Sequence record: MZ443780.1
DNA length: 64,000 bases
Direction: 5' to 3' (one strand)
Numbering within the stretch: the first letter of the stretch is position 1; the number at the start of each line of letters is the position of its first letter. Of this stretch, positions 7,922 to 17,872 are shown in pieces. The position numbers were made by a program, and so were the translations under genes. The notes below the pieces were generated by a model. That model did no database searches. It was not told where the DNA came from and saw only the letters and a program-made list of their open reading frames with translations.

Positions 7922-10801
7922 TTAACTATCCACTTCGTCAGGTTCCCAGCACAGGATAGGTCTGCGCCACACTTGGAATACACCGATAGGGTCTGCACGA
8001 CCTCCATCAATGAAGCAGTCCATAGTGCGACCGCCTGAGTTCCCGCTCTGCATCAACGTCACAAGTCCTTCTGTCCATGACGCACGACCACCGGAGTCAG
8101 CTTCGAACAACCCTTCCCACACCATATCGAAAGCGCCTTTCCACGCATTGAAGTGATGTGATGAATAAGCACCGTCACCAACTGTACACAACACCATGTA
8201 CTGATAATCTTTCACACACGGAATGTTGTAGTTGTTACCACGAGGAACAGAAGTACCGTTAGCGTTGAAGATACACTCCCAGCCAGTACGGTCAGCAGAA
8301 CCTGTAGTCAAGAACAGAGGACGACGAATGATCATCATGATTCCGTTCTCGGTACCGTTGTTACTAGATTTCTCGCAGTACGCATTGCAGCGTAGTGAGC
8401 GGTCAACAGTGAACGTGGTTGAGTTCGAGAAGTCACGGGTGTAGTAGTTCGACCCCCACTTAGGCAGATACTCTGCTGGTGGAACGAAGAAGTGACGTTC
8501 AGCGAGTTCAATCTCACCGTAACGGTCATAGGCAAACACGATGTACTCGTAGCCAGCATCAATTGGAATGTTATGGCCTTGAGTGCCTGGGCCGTTCCAT
8601 TTCCAAACTACCTGCCAATCGTTTGAGTCACGCGTTGCTTCTTCGGTAATCAGATTGTATTTGCGTTCGTAGACGTGCCACACTTTCCCTTCTTCTGTGG
8701 TGTTGATATACAACGAGTTCGGGTCATTGATATTCCCGTTCTCAGTGCCGCAATAAATCTTATGCGACGCACCAGCAGAGTTGTAGATAGTGCCTGACCC
8801 GATTGAACCGAACATATCCCAGTTCATCATCAGGTGAGAGGTACACATTTCGTTCTGGCCGCTACCATCAGAAGTCGTTATGAGATATTCGCACAAGTCT
8901 TTGAACGGATATTTAACGTAACGGTTGTTAGCACGGTTGACGACATGCACCCAGTCATGAGATTGAATCTTAGGCACAGGGAAGCATGGGTTAGTGACGG
9001 ACACGACGAAGGTCTTTGTCTCGTACATAGGCAGCTTCTTGAAACGATTATCTCTGATCGTTACAGTGTGCTCCATGCCCATTGTCGATGCACCGTCTTG
9101 ACGACCAAGCACTTTGTAGTACGACAGATGCGCACTCTTGGTGTTTTCGAACAGGCTGTTAATGCCCATGCTCATGTTACTCTCACGGTCAGTGCCTGTC
9201 ACATACGGATAACCGTTAGTGTCGAAGTCATAGCCGACAGAGAAGTAACTATCAGGGTCAGATGATTTAACGCCACGGTACATTTCGTTCCATGCGTTAC
9301 CTTCGCCCACACCTGGCTCACCAAACAGTGAGTACGCAGCGCGGTACACATACTGCGAACCAGCGTACACACGACTCGATGCACCGATGCGATACATTGC
9401 AGCAGGCAGTCCGCCTTGCAAACGGTTAACGTCAGCAGTATCGTAAGACACGACATAGACGTAATGGTCAGTGCCGATAGCGTTCAGGTAAGCAGCACAC
9501 GCAGCAGCATTCGCAACGCCTGGGTTAGTTCCCTCAGCAGAAGCATGAATGTCGAACGTTCGGCGTTCAACCAGCGCAAGGTCAGACTTACGAATCTTGT
9601 AGACGTTCCAGCCACGACTATCAGTGTATCGTGTGCCATTGAAGATCGTGTACCCTGTATCGCCTGTATCAAGATAGCGCTGATAGCCTACAACGTGCGA
9701 GAAGATTCGGCTACGTGCTTGCAGTGACTGCGCGTTCTCATTCGACCAAGTGACAGACACATCACCGGCAGCCATACGGGCAGCCCAATCGTCAGGCTTG
9801 TACGGGTATGTCGTTACATCGAAGTTCACGCCATACGCATCACCGGGATTCACGCAGCAGTTATCACGATAGATGATTGCAGGGTCGAGCACAACATCGT
9901 CAGGGATATCAACCTGTCCGCAATAGAACTGTTTCCACGTACCGGGCTGACCGCCAATCGTTCCCGGGCCGTTCTGCACTGTGCCTGTGAACTGATATGC
10001 GGCAGAGAGTTCGTAGTTAATCTGGTTATGTAACTGAGCAACGTTAGTCCATGCGATGTGATTGCCAAACGCGTTGACGCTCTTAGCTTTCGCGTTCACG
10101 GTAGACGCAACGTAGGCTTGACCGTTACTGCGAATGCCTAACGGGTTGAAGATAGCATTGAAGTTTACGTTACCTTCGAACGCACCTTTCTGCAACACAA
10201 TCAGGCTCACGCCGTTTCGATGCGCTTCACGCAAGGCATTGAGCATCGCTGTAGGCATACTCTGGTTAGTCGCAGACAGCAGCAGCATTACGCAACTGAA
10301 CTGTTTGAAGTACCGGTAGTCGCCGTTGTAGCCGTAAGCACCAGCGTTAATCTCTTGCCAGCTATGCGCCAGCATGTCGAGAGGCATACGCTGCATGTAG
10401 CCTACAAGCTGTCCCCACGATTCCATCGCTGTGTCATCATTCACAGGCGCAAGGTCTGAGATGACGAGCATTGTGCTGCCCAGCGTGATGTTTGAGTTAT
10501 AGCCGCGTTGCGTAAGCAGATGACGCAGCACACCCATGTTGTTAATGTTCTTATTGCGGTAGTTACCCAGCCAACCGTAGTTAGCATCTACCATAGGACT
10601 TCCATCACGAATGAAGCGTCCATTCATGTAGACAGAGCCAAAGCCGCACACGTATGAGAGCGCATGACCGTCAACAACAAACGAAGTGAAGCGTGAGCTA
10701 TCAACAGGCATTGCGTCTACTGCGGCAATAGATCCATCTCCAGGACTACCGCTGAATACGGGAGTAATGCCTCGCGCATATAAGCAACTTTGTTGCAGCA
10801 T
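7922..10801 (-). CDS. Large fibre/receptor-binding-like protein with an ILEI/PANDER-like (GG-type lectin) domain
   Basis: 959 aa; segment RGWNVYKI...RTFDIHAS...AAYLNAI...VYVVSYD...YRAAYSLFG matches the ILEI/FAM3 pattern from memory. Confidence 0.65.
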   Translation of the reverse strand: MLQQSCLYARGITPVFSGSPGDGSIAAVDAMPVDSSRFTSFVVDGHALSYVCGFGSVYMNGRFIRDGSPMVDANYGWLGNYRNKNINNMGVLRHLLTQRGYNSNITLGSTMLVISDLAPVNDDTAMESWGQLVGYMQRMPLDMLAHSWQEINAGAYGYNGDYRYFKQFSCVMLLLSATNQSMPTAMLNALREAHRNGVSLIVLQKGAFEGNVNFNAIFNPLGIRSNGQAYVASTVNAKAKSVNAFGNHIAWTNVAQLHNQINYELSAAYQFTGTVQNGPGTIGGQPGTWKQFYCGQVDIPDDVVLDPAIIYRDNCCVNPGDAYGVNFDVTTYPYKPDDWAARMAAGDVSVTWSNENAQSLQARSRIFSHVVGYQRYLDTGDTGYTIFNGTRYTDSRGWNVYKIRKSDLALVERRTFDIHASAEGTNPGVANAAACAAYLNAIGTDHYVYVVSYDTADVNRLQGGLPAAMYRIGASSRVYAGSQYVYRAAYSLFGEPGVGEGNAWNEMYRGVKSSDPDSYFSVGYDFDTNGYPYVTGTDRESNMSMGINSLFENTKSAHLSYYKVLGRQDGASTMGMEHTVTIRDNRFKKLPMYETKTFVVSVTNPCFPVPKIQSHDWVHVVNRANNRYVKYPFKDLCEYLITTSDGSGQNEMCTSHLMMNWDMFGSIGSGTIYNSAGASHKIYCGTENGNINDPNSLYINTTEEGKVWHVYERKYNLITEEATRDSNDWQVVWKWNGPGTQGHNIPIDAGYEYIVFAYDRYGEIELAERHFFVPPAEYLPKWGSNYYTRDFSNSTTFTVDRSLRCNAYCEKSSNNGTENGIMMIIRRPLFLTTGSADRTGWECIFNANGTSVPRGNNYNIPCVKDYQYMVLCTVGDGAYSSHHFNAWKGAFDMVWEGLFEADSGGRASWTEGLVTLMQSGNSGGRTMDCFIDGGRADPIGVFQVWRRPILCWEPDEVDS

Positions 10802-10820
10802 GTTATGTCCTTAGATCGAG

Positions 10821-10842
10821 AATAGGGGCCGAAGCCCCTTTC
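10821..10842 (-). terminator. Hairpin, possible weak terminator
   Basis: AGGGGC-TTCG-GCCCCT (UUCG loop) after the stop of 10844..12868; poor U-tract. Confidence 0.5.
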
Positions 10843-10843
10843 G

Positions 10844-12868
10844 TTAAGCAAATACTACGTTGGAAATGCTCAGGTAATCAAGATCGTTCGAGTCACCTCG
10901 GTCACCGCCACCTTGAACACGAAGCCAGATTTCTTGACCTGCAGGTATGTTCACATCAAACGTGAAATACTGATACACGCCACTACTGTTCCTCGGACTC
11001 TGGGCAGCACCTTCACCGGCAGTGCGCTCGTAGATATCAATTGTGTGCCAACCACCGTTCTTGCCGTCATATACCCACGCGAAAGTGATCTGCTTGATAG
11101 GTCGAGTGAAGAAGTTACCCCACTTGAACCAACCATTAACGCCACCCCAGATGTTCATGTAGTTTCCATCACGCGTCCATACTTGAGAAGCGTTAGGAGA
11201 ACCTGTACCACGACCACCAGTCTGCTCCCATGCGTTAGGCTGCCACGGAAGTTCGTCTGAATCAGGAGGCTGTGCGTTACCACCTTCAATCGTCACACAA
11301 CGGTAAGGAACAGTGAAGTCACTCACGTTGATATGTGGCGGCTGAATAGGGCAGTACACGAAGTATGACCAATCACATCCGATAGGTGCAGTCGCACGAA
11401 CTGTTATGTTAGAGCGGAGCACATGCTCAGGGTATTTCCAAAATTCGAGTGTGCCCGTACGTCCCGCAGCAACGATAGAAGTATCGAGTACGTTCATGTC
11501 TTGGTCAAACACTTCGAACTTGGTATCAAACGAGTTCGCGGTACAAACAACAAGCTCGGCGCGAATGTCCGTCTGAGTTCCTAAAGCAAAATTATCTTCT
11601 GTGGTTGGATGACCGGCAGAGTAAACGCTGTAGCTCTGGCAAGGGTGCATGTATTCACGCGCACCACGTTCACCTGGGCAGTACAGGCTGTAGAAGCAAC
11701 TCGCAAGTGAAGCAGCATTACCGAAGTCTTTGCTGACAACACGAACCATGATATCACACGCAACGTTTTGAGGGTCAAAGTAGAAGTACAAATAACCTTC
11801 GCCAGTACGTGCATCGAGCGTTGTCGCTATGCGGCGTCCAGACTGATAGACCTCAATGAAATCGAATGTTTCCCATGATGTGTAGTCGAGATACATCCAA
11901 CCCGCTGTCCAACCGATGAAGTGATAGTATTCGAAAGCGTTAGCATTCTGAATACGTTCAGCGATAGGCCAGACAGTTGCGTGACACGGCGCTGGGAAGA
12001 TTGGGCTGCCGATGTAGTCTGGATGAATGACGTCAGGGAAATTGATAACGTCATACGCAGCCTGACTATCAAGCGCCAACCCACCACGGTCAGACGGTGC
12101 TGCAAGACGTGGCGGATAGACTTCTAAGCTCCAGCCATAACCCTGCGTTGTACGCACACGAACCATGATGCGCATATCAGCAGCGTCAGGGTCGAACTGG
12201 AATTTGATACGCGAACGCCCAGCGAGCTTGCCGCACGTAGAAGCAACACGCACACCCATGTGGTACACATCGACACTCGCACCAGCAGGCGCATACGATG
12301 CGATCATGAGTTCAACGTAGCCCTCAATAGCAGGCATAGCGTAGTACGTTTCAGTGATGGTTGCACCACGTCCGTGTACAGACGCATAAGGCACGTTGGG
12401 GTTAGCATACGTTCCTAGTCCTGCGCGAGAAGCAACACCAGTAGGGTCGTATGATTCGATGGCCTTGATACCGGGTCGATTGATAGATCTACCAGTAGGA
12501 GGAGCAAAAGAGTTGACGAGGCCGAAGCCAGTACGACCAGCATCAGGCAAGTCAAACCCTGCAGGATAGCCTTTAAGGATATCGTACTTCTCACGACCGC
12601 CACTCCCTATGCCATTGCCTGACCCTTTGGTTGTAGACGTCGGACCGCCACCACATGCACCAGTATCGAGATTAGAGCACGGGTCATCGTAAGTAGGGTC
12701 AAACGAGTCATCAATGTGATGCCAACGCTTGCCCCACTGATTACGCACACTGAATTTGTCTGGGCTTAATGGCGTCCAGTCTCCTTCATGTGTGCGTATG
12801 AACATGGGCGTGTCCACACAGTCATGCCAACCGTTATTCGCAGCGTTACGAACGCGAAAACGAGACAT
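10844..12868 (-). CDS. Virion fibre-associated protein with three tandem beta-sandwich-like repeats
   Basis: Three repeats ending ...IMVRVR..WSLEVYPP, ...IMVRVV..YSLYCP and ...ITVRAT..WSYFVYCP. Confidence 0.7.
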   Translation of the reverse strand: MSRFRVRNAANNGWHDCVDTPMFIRTHEGDWTPLSPDKFSVRNQWGKRWHHIDDSFDPTYDDPCSNLDTGACGGGPTSTTKGSGNGIGSGGREKYDILKGYPAGFDLPDAGRTGFGLVNSFAPPTGRSINRPGIKAIESYDPTGVASRAGLGTYANPNVPYASVHGRGATITETYYAMPAIEGYVELMIASYAPAGASVDVYHMGVRVASTCGKLAGRSRIKFQFDPDAADMRIMVRVRTTQGYGWSLEVYPPRLAAPSDRGGLALDSQAAYDVINFPDVIHPDYIGSPIFPAPCHATVWPIAERIQNANAFEYYHFIGWTAGWMYLDYTSWETFDFIEVYQSGRRIATTLDARTGEGYLYFYFDPQNVACDIMVRVVSKDFGNAASLASCFYSLYCPGERGAREYMHPCQSYSVYSAGHPTTEDNFALGTQTDIRAELVVCTANSFDTKFEVFDQDMNVLDTSIVAAGRTGTLEFWKYPEHVLRSNITVRATAPIGCDWSYFVYCPIQPPHINVSDFTVPYRCVTIEGGNAQPPDSDELPWQPNAWEQTGGRGTGSPNASQVWTRDGNYMNIWGGVNGWFKWGNFFTRPIKQITFAWVYDGKNGGWHTIDIYERTAGEGAAQSPRNSSGVYQYFTFDVNIPAGQEIWLRVQGGGDRGDSNDLDYLSISNVVFA

Positions 12869-12877
12869 GTTCTCTCC

Positions 12878-13369
12878 TTAAGGTCTTACCCAGATACTTC
12901 CGGGTGGAATCTCCTGGTCTAACGCCGGATCAGAATCTTGAACGAAGACAGCCACTGTACCGGGATTGCCTGGGGCGCCTGTAGGACCAGTAGGACCAGT
13001 CGGGCCAGCAGGACCACGATTGCCAACGTAACCCTGTTTGCCGGGAGGACCGTCAGTGCCACGAGGGCCCGGACAACCGTCAGTGCCTCGACGACCATCA
13101 GTACCCATAAGACCGTCGATACCATCACGACCGGAAGGACCAACGCCACCAGCAGGACCGTAGCCGATGCTATGAATCGTTGGCAGACCCGAGATTTGCA
13201 GCTTGCCGATGTTCGGGATATTGATAGCGAGCAGACCAGTCAGTGCGTCGAAAGAACCAGATAACTGGCTATCGTCTTCTGACGTGTCTACCGTGATGCC
13301 ACCTTGAGTTGCTACGACAGGACCAGAGGCATTGGCCTTGACTAGCGATATATCAACTTTTTCTACCAC
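12878..13369 (-). CDS. Collagen-like fibre protein
   Basis: G-X-Y run with GTDGCPG; C-terminal VQDSDP...GSIWVRP. Confidence 0.85.
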   Translation of the reverse strand: MVEKVDISLVKANASGPVVATQGGITVDTSEDDSQLSGSFDALTGLLAINIPNIGKLQISGLPTIHSIGYGPAGGVGPSGRDGIDGLMGTDGRRGTDGCPGPRGTDGPPGKQGYVGNRGPAGPTGPTGPTGAPGNPGTVAVFVQDSDPALDQEIPPGSIWVRP

Positions 13370-13378
13370 GTTGCCTCC

Positions 13379-14011
13379 TTATGGCCATGTGATGTTTTGA
13401 TCTTTCGTAGGGTCTACCCATATCGTTCCGGCAGCTACGTTCCCAGGGTTAGTAGCACTGACGATGATAGACAGACGACCAGCAGGACCGGCGGGGCCAG
13501 TAGGGCCTGTAGGACCTGTGCTGCCAGTTGCGCCTGTAGGACCTGTACCGCCACGAGGACCAGTAGGGCCTGTAGGACCCATAGGACCAGTGCGACCATC
13601 TGGCCCCGTAGGACCAACAGGACCCGGTAGACCATCACGACCGTCAGGGCCCGGGAGACCTTGCTCACCATCAGGCCCTATGCCACCATCACACCCAGGT
13701 TCTCCGGGAGCACCGTCTCGTCCATCGCGACCGTCTTTACCGTCAGCACCTGTCTCACCTCTACCGCCTTGACGCCCTTCCGGGATATCAGAAGCAGTAG
13801 GGAAACCGCCAACTTTCACTGTCTGACCGTTAGCAAACTTGAGCGTAAGAATACCCGAAGTAGCATCGAATGATGAATCAGCAGTGAGTTCTGACGGTAC
13901 GTTTTCCTCAGATGGGTCTACTGTCAGAGTACCCAACGAAGCACGTACAGGAGTAGACGTAGACGAAGAACCTGCTTGAATGAGGCCAGTTTTTACTTTA
14001 ATCAGACCCAT
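13379..14011 (-). CDS. Collagen-like fibre protein
   Basis: G-X-Y run with GEPGCDG; C-terminal VSATNP...GTIWVDP. Confidence 0.85.
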   Translation of the reverse strand: MGLIKVKTGLIQAGSSSTSTPVRASLGTLTVDPSEENVPSELTADSSFDATSGILTLKFANGQTVKVGGFPTASDIPEGRQGGRGETGADGKDGRDGRDGAPGEPGCDGGIGPDGEQGLPGPDGRDGLPGPVGPTGPDGRTGPMGPTGPTGPRGGTGPTGATGSTGPTGPTGPAGPAGRLSIIVSATNPGNVAAGTIWVDPTKDQNITWP

Positions 14012-15453
14012 TAGTTTTTCTCCGCTTTCGCAACGATATCCGTGTTGTGTACGAGCACATCACCCACGAAGTAACAGTCAAATGGATCGACGTCGATATC
14101 GACTGTCTGCACTTGATCATCAACGCGGCGCATCTCGTAAACAGCTTGCGGTCCTTTGCGGCCTAAAACAGTTTGTCCAACAGTTACATCACGCGCAGGA
14201 ACATAACGCCATGCAATGCTATCGTAAATCAGAACAGGGTGTTCGTGCGTGAACTTCTGTCCATTGATAACATAGTAGTGGTCTTCTTGTCCATGACGCA
14301 ACGCAACAACGTTCGCATTCACAGGCTTGCCTTTGAGGCTAGGCGATGACCACTGACGGAAGTTCTTAGGCTGATTCGACATACCCAGCAGACTCTCACC
14401 GACGCGAAGATCTTCGACTGCTTTAGATCCTGTTAGCGTGTGAACTACAGAGCCATAAACGATACAGCCGGACGTCGATGTATTCAGCGGGTTGCGCACA
14501 ACAACGGTCAAAGCAGAGCGCACTGTAACAGTAGGACGAGAGGTCTGTCCCATGTCAGTTACGACACAGCTTATAGTGCCTTTGATTGTACGGTCAGCGC
14601 CTAATCCTACACGCAGATAGAAGTTAACAATGCACGTCGAGGTTGTTGTAGCTTGAAGCGTCACACCCTCAGTAGTTGTGATAGACCATTGATACTTATA
14701 CGGACCTAAACCACCACGAGCATTGACAGGCAGATACGCAAGCGATGTAAACACATCAGAGCCTTGCACTGTACGCTGACCTACCATGTACAGGCTTGAC
14801 ACTGACGCAGCAAGAGGTGTTATTGTCGGCAGAGGAGGTGCTGGCGTGACGTTGCTGGTGGGGTAGAGCCACACGAACACTCGACCGTCAGTAGGCTGAG
14901 TAGCAGACTGAACAGCAGTAGTGATTGGCGCAGGACCTGTAGGACCTGTAGCACCCGCTATACAGCTTGGACCGTCATTGCCGCGAGGACCGTCGATGCC
15001 AGTTGGACCTGTTGGACCGTCTGGGCCTGTAGGACCAACAGGACCTTCACGTCCAGTATCGCCCGGAGGACCGTCTTCACCGTCACGTCCGGGGTCACCT
15101 ACAGGTCCTGTCTTGCCTCTGTTACCGATTTTGCCTGGGCACCCATCAGGACCAGTAGGACCGTCTCGCCCATCACGACCATCTCTGCCCGGCGCACCGG
15201 GAGCGCCTCGACGCCCCGGCTTGCCTGTTCCAAACATAGAGATAGTCGGAAGTCCGGGGACGTTTATCACATCACCGTTCTTCTTGATGAATACCAACAC
15301 ACCTGTCTTGCTGTTAAATCTTACGCTTGCGAGTTGCGTTAAAGTAGCAACGTCGGTCGACTCAAACTGCAAGCCCCCGTCAACGCTAACAACGGATTTA
15401 CCTTCGTCGTTAGCAGTTGTTTCGATTTGCGAAAGTTTTAACTGTGTTGTCAT
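14011..15453 (-). CDS. Collagen-like fibre protein with C-terminal Hint (intein-like) domain
   Basis: G-X-Y run, beta domain, then C330-IVYGS...FTHEHPVL...VLVHN470-T471. Confidence 0.85.
   Translation of the reverse strand: MTTQLKLSQIETTANDEGKSVVSVDGGLQFESTDVATLTQLASVRFNSKTGVLVFIKKNGDVINVPGLPTISMFGTGKPGRRGAPGAPGRDGRDGRDGPTGPDGCPGKIGNRGKTGPVGDPGRDGEDGPPGDTGREGPVGPTGPDGPTGPTGIDGPRGNDGPSCIAGATGPTGPAPITTAVQSATQPTDGRVFVWLYPTSNVTPAPPLPTITPLAASVSSLYMVGQRTVQGSDVFTSLAYLPVNARGGLGPYKYQWSITTTEGVTLQATTTSTCIVNFYLRVGLGADRTIKGTISCVVTDMGQTSRPTVTVRSALTVVVRNPLNTSTSGCIVYGSVVHTLTGSKAVEDLRVGESLLGMSNQPKNFRQWSSPSLKGKPVNANVVALRHGQEDHYYVINGQKFTHEHPVLIYDSIAWRYVPARDVTVGQTVLGRKGPQAVYEMRRVDDQVQTVDIDVDPFDCYFVGDVLVHNTDIVAKAEKN
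14044..14466 (-). other. Hint / mini-intein-like domain (141 aa)
   Basis: Cys1, block-B T-x-x-H (THEH), terminal His-Asn followed by Thr; no endonuclease insert. Confidence 0.8.
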
Positions 15454-17789
15454 TTCGGTTCAACCTTAATGCACAAGTTACCAGAGAGCGTTGACCCATA
15501 GCTTGTGATTTGTGCGTTAGTCACACGAACCTTAGCGATGATATCAATGAAGCCCTGAGGTTGGTTCTCTTTCAACACGGTGAACATCTGCGTAATGCTT
15601 GCGTTCGAATACGCAATCACTTCTGTCAGGCTAGTGTCAGAAGTAACAACGTTGAAGCCCGCGCTGCCAGTACCCTTCAGGCCACGACCGTATTCAGCTT
15701 CTGAGGTGCCAGGCACTTTGAACGACAGAACATATTCGATATGCTCTTTGCCGCTTGTTGGTGCGAACCCTGGGCCGAGTTGACACTGGAAGTCTGCGAT
15801 ACAGGTAAGCATCACACCTTTAGTGAACTCGATACGTTGAGTGATAATCAGTTCTTCCGAGTCCTCAACGTTTTGCTGAATGTTGTACATGTTCTTCGGA
15901 TCAGCTTCTTCGGCAAGCGCCTGAGTGTTACTGATCTTCAATTCAGGCCACGTACCTTCAATCTTAATGCCCTCGCCCTGAATGATTTCAGGAGCAGCGA
16001 TAGGCACGTCGATAGGCGGCAGACCCTGACGTTTGAACATGTAGCCTGTAGGTGTAGGGATAGCGTCGATGATAACACCATCAACAGAACTATCTTTCGA
16101 CCCTACTGCCATTACGTTCTCGAAGATTGTGATCTCAACGAGTGTGTTAGCAGGGATAGGCGAAGTCGTTTTCAACGCGCTGCCAGCAACCGTGAAGTCT
16201 TGCGAGTGCACCGTCAAACCACTCATGGACACAACGCAGTGCGCTTTGTTCAGAGGCGTAGTTGGCAGAGCAAATGTATCAGCATCATAAGGGAAGCGAT
16301 ACTGAGCAACACGAATACGAGTAGACCAGTTGGCGCGTTCTTCATAGCGAGCTACATAGAAAGTGTATTTCTGACCAGAAGGAATTGCTTCGGTCAATGT
16401 GACGCTGTTCCCGTTCGTGAGCTTGTACACGGTTGTAGGCTGCCACGTACTTCCGACAACGCAGAACACCATGTCAACGCTTTCAATCGGCTTGTTACCG
16501 AGTTTGAACTGAGCAGTCTGACCGTCACCAACACCTTCGTATGTTTCAAACAGGACAACGTGACCTTGCGACGGTTCAACACGGAACTGACGCATATCAA
16601 GCTGCATACGCTGTTCAGGGTAAGACGAAAGCAGAAGCTGATCGTCCACAACGCTATACGCAGTGCGCGGCTGGAGAATGCCTGACGTACCAAGCAGCAA
16701 GTCAGTTGAGCTATCGAGAATCTCGGACAGCGTGTAACGTAACTTGTCAGGAGTTGCTGTAGTCACAACAGAACTAAACAGCATCTTGCCTGGTGGAACG
16801 AACAACGTTCCTGTAGTCTGACGAGTACCACCAGCAACAGGTCCCCAATACGGCTGCACGTCTTTACCGCGATAGAGCGCCCACGATTCAGGCACATCGT
16901 TGTTCAGCGGCCACGGGATACCGGCACTCGGAGTTGTTGGGTTAGTGATTCTGCGCCACACAGCAATCGACGTTTGAGCAGACACAAACGGAATAGCATC
17001 GTCCATATTGACGAGCTGACCATTCGTGTATTTGAAGTGACGACAAGCACCTGCGCCTGTTCCAGAGATTGTCTGGACGAGCACAACTTCATTCGCCTTC
17101 AACATCGAGAGGCTTGCGATCTTGAACGTGTTGGCATTGATGAACCCAGCAGAAGTAATCTGTCCGCTAAAGATTCGGTCATGCTCGCTGAATGCCCAGT
17201 AATATGAGCCAGCACCGTAGCGATACGCAGTACCCGGAGAGCGTGTGCCGTCAGAGTTAACGTGCATATCAAGTACGGACACAGCGTTGAACACGTTGTC
17301 GCTCAAGCTAGGCAGATTCTGGAGAGTTGCCACGCTCGGAATCGAGGTGTAGTCCGCCATTTTCACAGCAAGAATCTTTTGGATATCCTGCTGGATGTGT
17401 ACAAGCAAGCTAACACGGCTGATAGAGTTCGGTACAGCAATGATAGGCTCTTCCAGAACAACGTGACCAAACGGTCTGTTGTCAGAGAGCATAATCAGTA
17501 TCTCACCAACTCGTTTCAGCGCTTCACCCGCCAAATATTTGACTTTAATATCGAAGACAAATCGGGCACTGTTCTCGGTAAGAACCTGAACGTAAGACAA
17601 TGCACCCGACGCAAGCTCGCTGCCAAGTAACTGCTCTGGAACCACAGACGGGTTAGAGCCAACAAAGTCACCTGCTTTGAATGCTACTGGAGCTATGGCA
17701 AGTCCACCAGCATTCGCGTTCGCAACGGCCTGTTCTCCCTGAGGCGTTAATCGCAGCGCGTTAACGTAGATAGATTCAGTGGCCATCAA
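15450..17789 (-). CDS. Baseplate wedge / fibre-attachment protein
   Basis: N-terminal LTPQGEQAVANA...AFKAGD resembles tail-collar (P2 gpH-type) N-termini; GDGQTAQF-type modules; follows the wedge genes. Confidence 0.65.
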   Translation of the reverse strand: MMATESIYVNALRLTPQGEQAVANANAGGLAIAPVAFKAGDFVGSNPSVVPEQLLGSELASGALSYVQVLTENSARFVFDIKVKYLAGEALKRVGEILIMLSDNRPFGHVVLEEPIIAVPNSISRVSLLVHIQQDIQKILAVKMADYTSIPSVATLQNLPSLSDNVFNAVSVLDMHVNSDGTRSPGTAYRYGAGSYYWAFSEHDRIFSGQITSAGFINANTFKIASLSMLKANEVVLVQTISGTGAGACRHFKYTNGQLVNMDDAIPFVSAQTSIAVWRRITNPTTPSAGIPWPLNNDVPESWALYRGKDVQPYWGPVAGGTRQTTGTLFVPPGKMLFSSVVTTATPDKLRYTLSEILDSSTDLLLGTSGILQPRTAYSVVDDQLLLSSYPEQRMQLDMRQFRVEPSQGHVVLFETYEGVGDGQTAQFKLGNKPIESVDMVFCVVGSTWQPTTVYKLTNGNSVTLTEAIPSGQKYTFYVARYEERANWSTRIRVAQYRFPYDADTFALPTTPLNKAHCVVSMSGLTVHSQDFTVAGSALKTTSPIPANTLVEITIFENVMAVGSKDSSVDGVIIDAIPTPTGYMFKRQGLPPIDVPIAAPEIIQGEGIKIEGTWPELKISNTQALAEEADPKNMYNIQQNVEDSEELIITQRIEFTKGVMLTCIADFQCQLGPGFAPTSGKEHIEYVLSFKVPGTSEAEYGRGLKGTGSAGFNVVTSDTSLTEVIAYSNASITQMFTVLKENQPQGFIDIIAKVRVTNAQITSYGSTLSGNLCIKVEPK

Positions 17790-17825
17790 AGAACTCCTTG
17801 GGTTTTAACTCTCATAAATTACGAT

Positions 17826-17870
17826 AAAACAAAAAGGGAGCCAGGAACATATAGCTCCGGACTCCCTTTA
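17826..17870 (-). terminator. Intrinsic terminator
   Basis: AAAGGGAG...CTCCCTTTTTGTTTT directly after the stop of 17873..22408. Confidence 0.7.
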
Positions 17871-17872
17871 TT

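Noticed and set aside
14044-14466. Mobile homing intein
   Set aside because: 141 aa with no LAGLIDADG/HNH insert, and placed 10 residues from the C-terminus rather than in a conserved enzyme motif.
7134-15469. Pro/Gly-rich plus-strand ORFs and GGACC-type nucleotide repeats resembling an array
   Set aside because: Antisense reading of collagen G-X-Y codons; no constant repeat-spacer structure, so not CRISPR.
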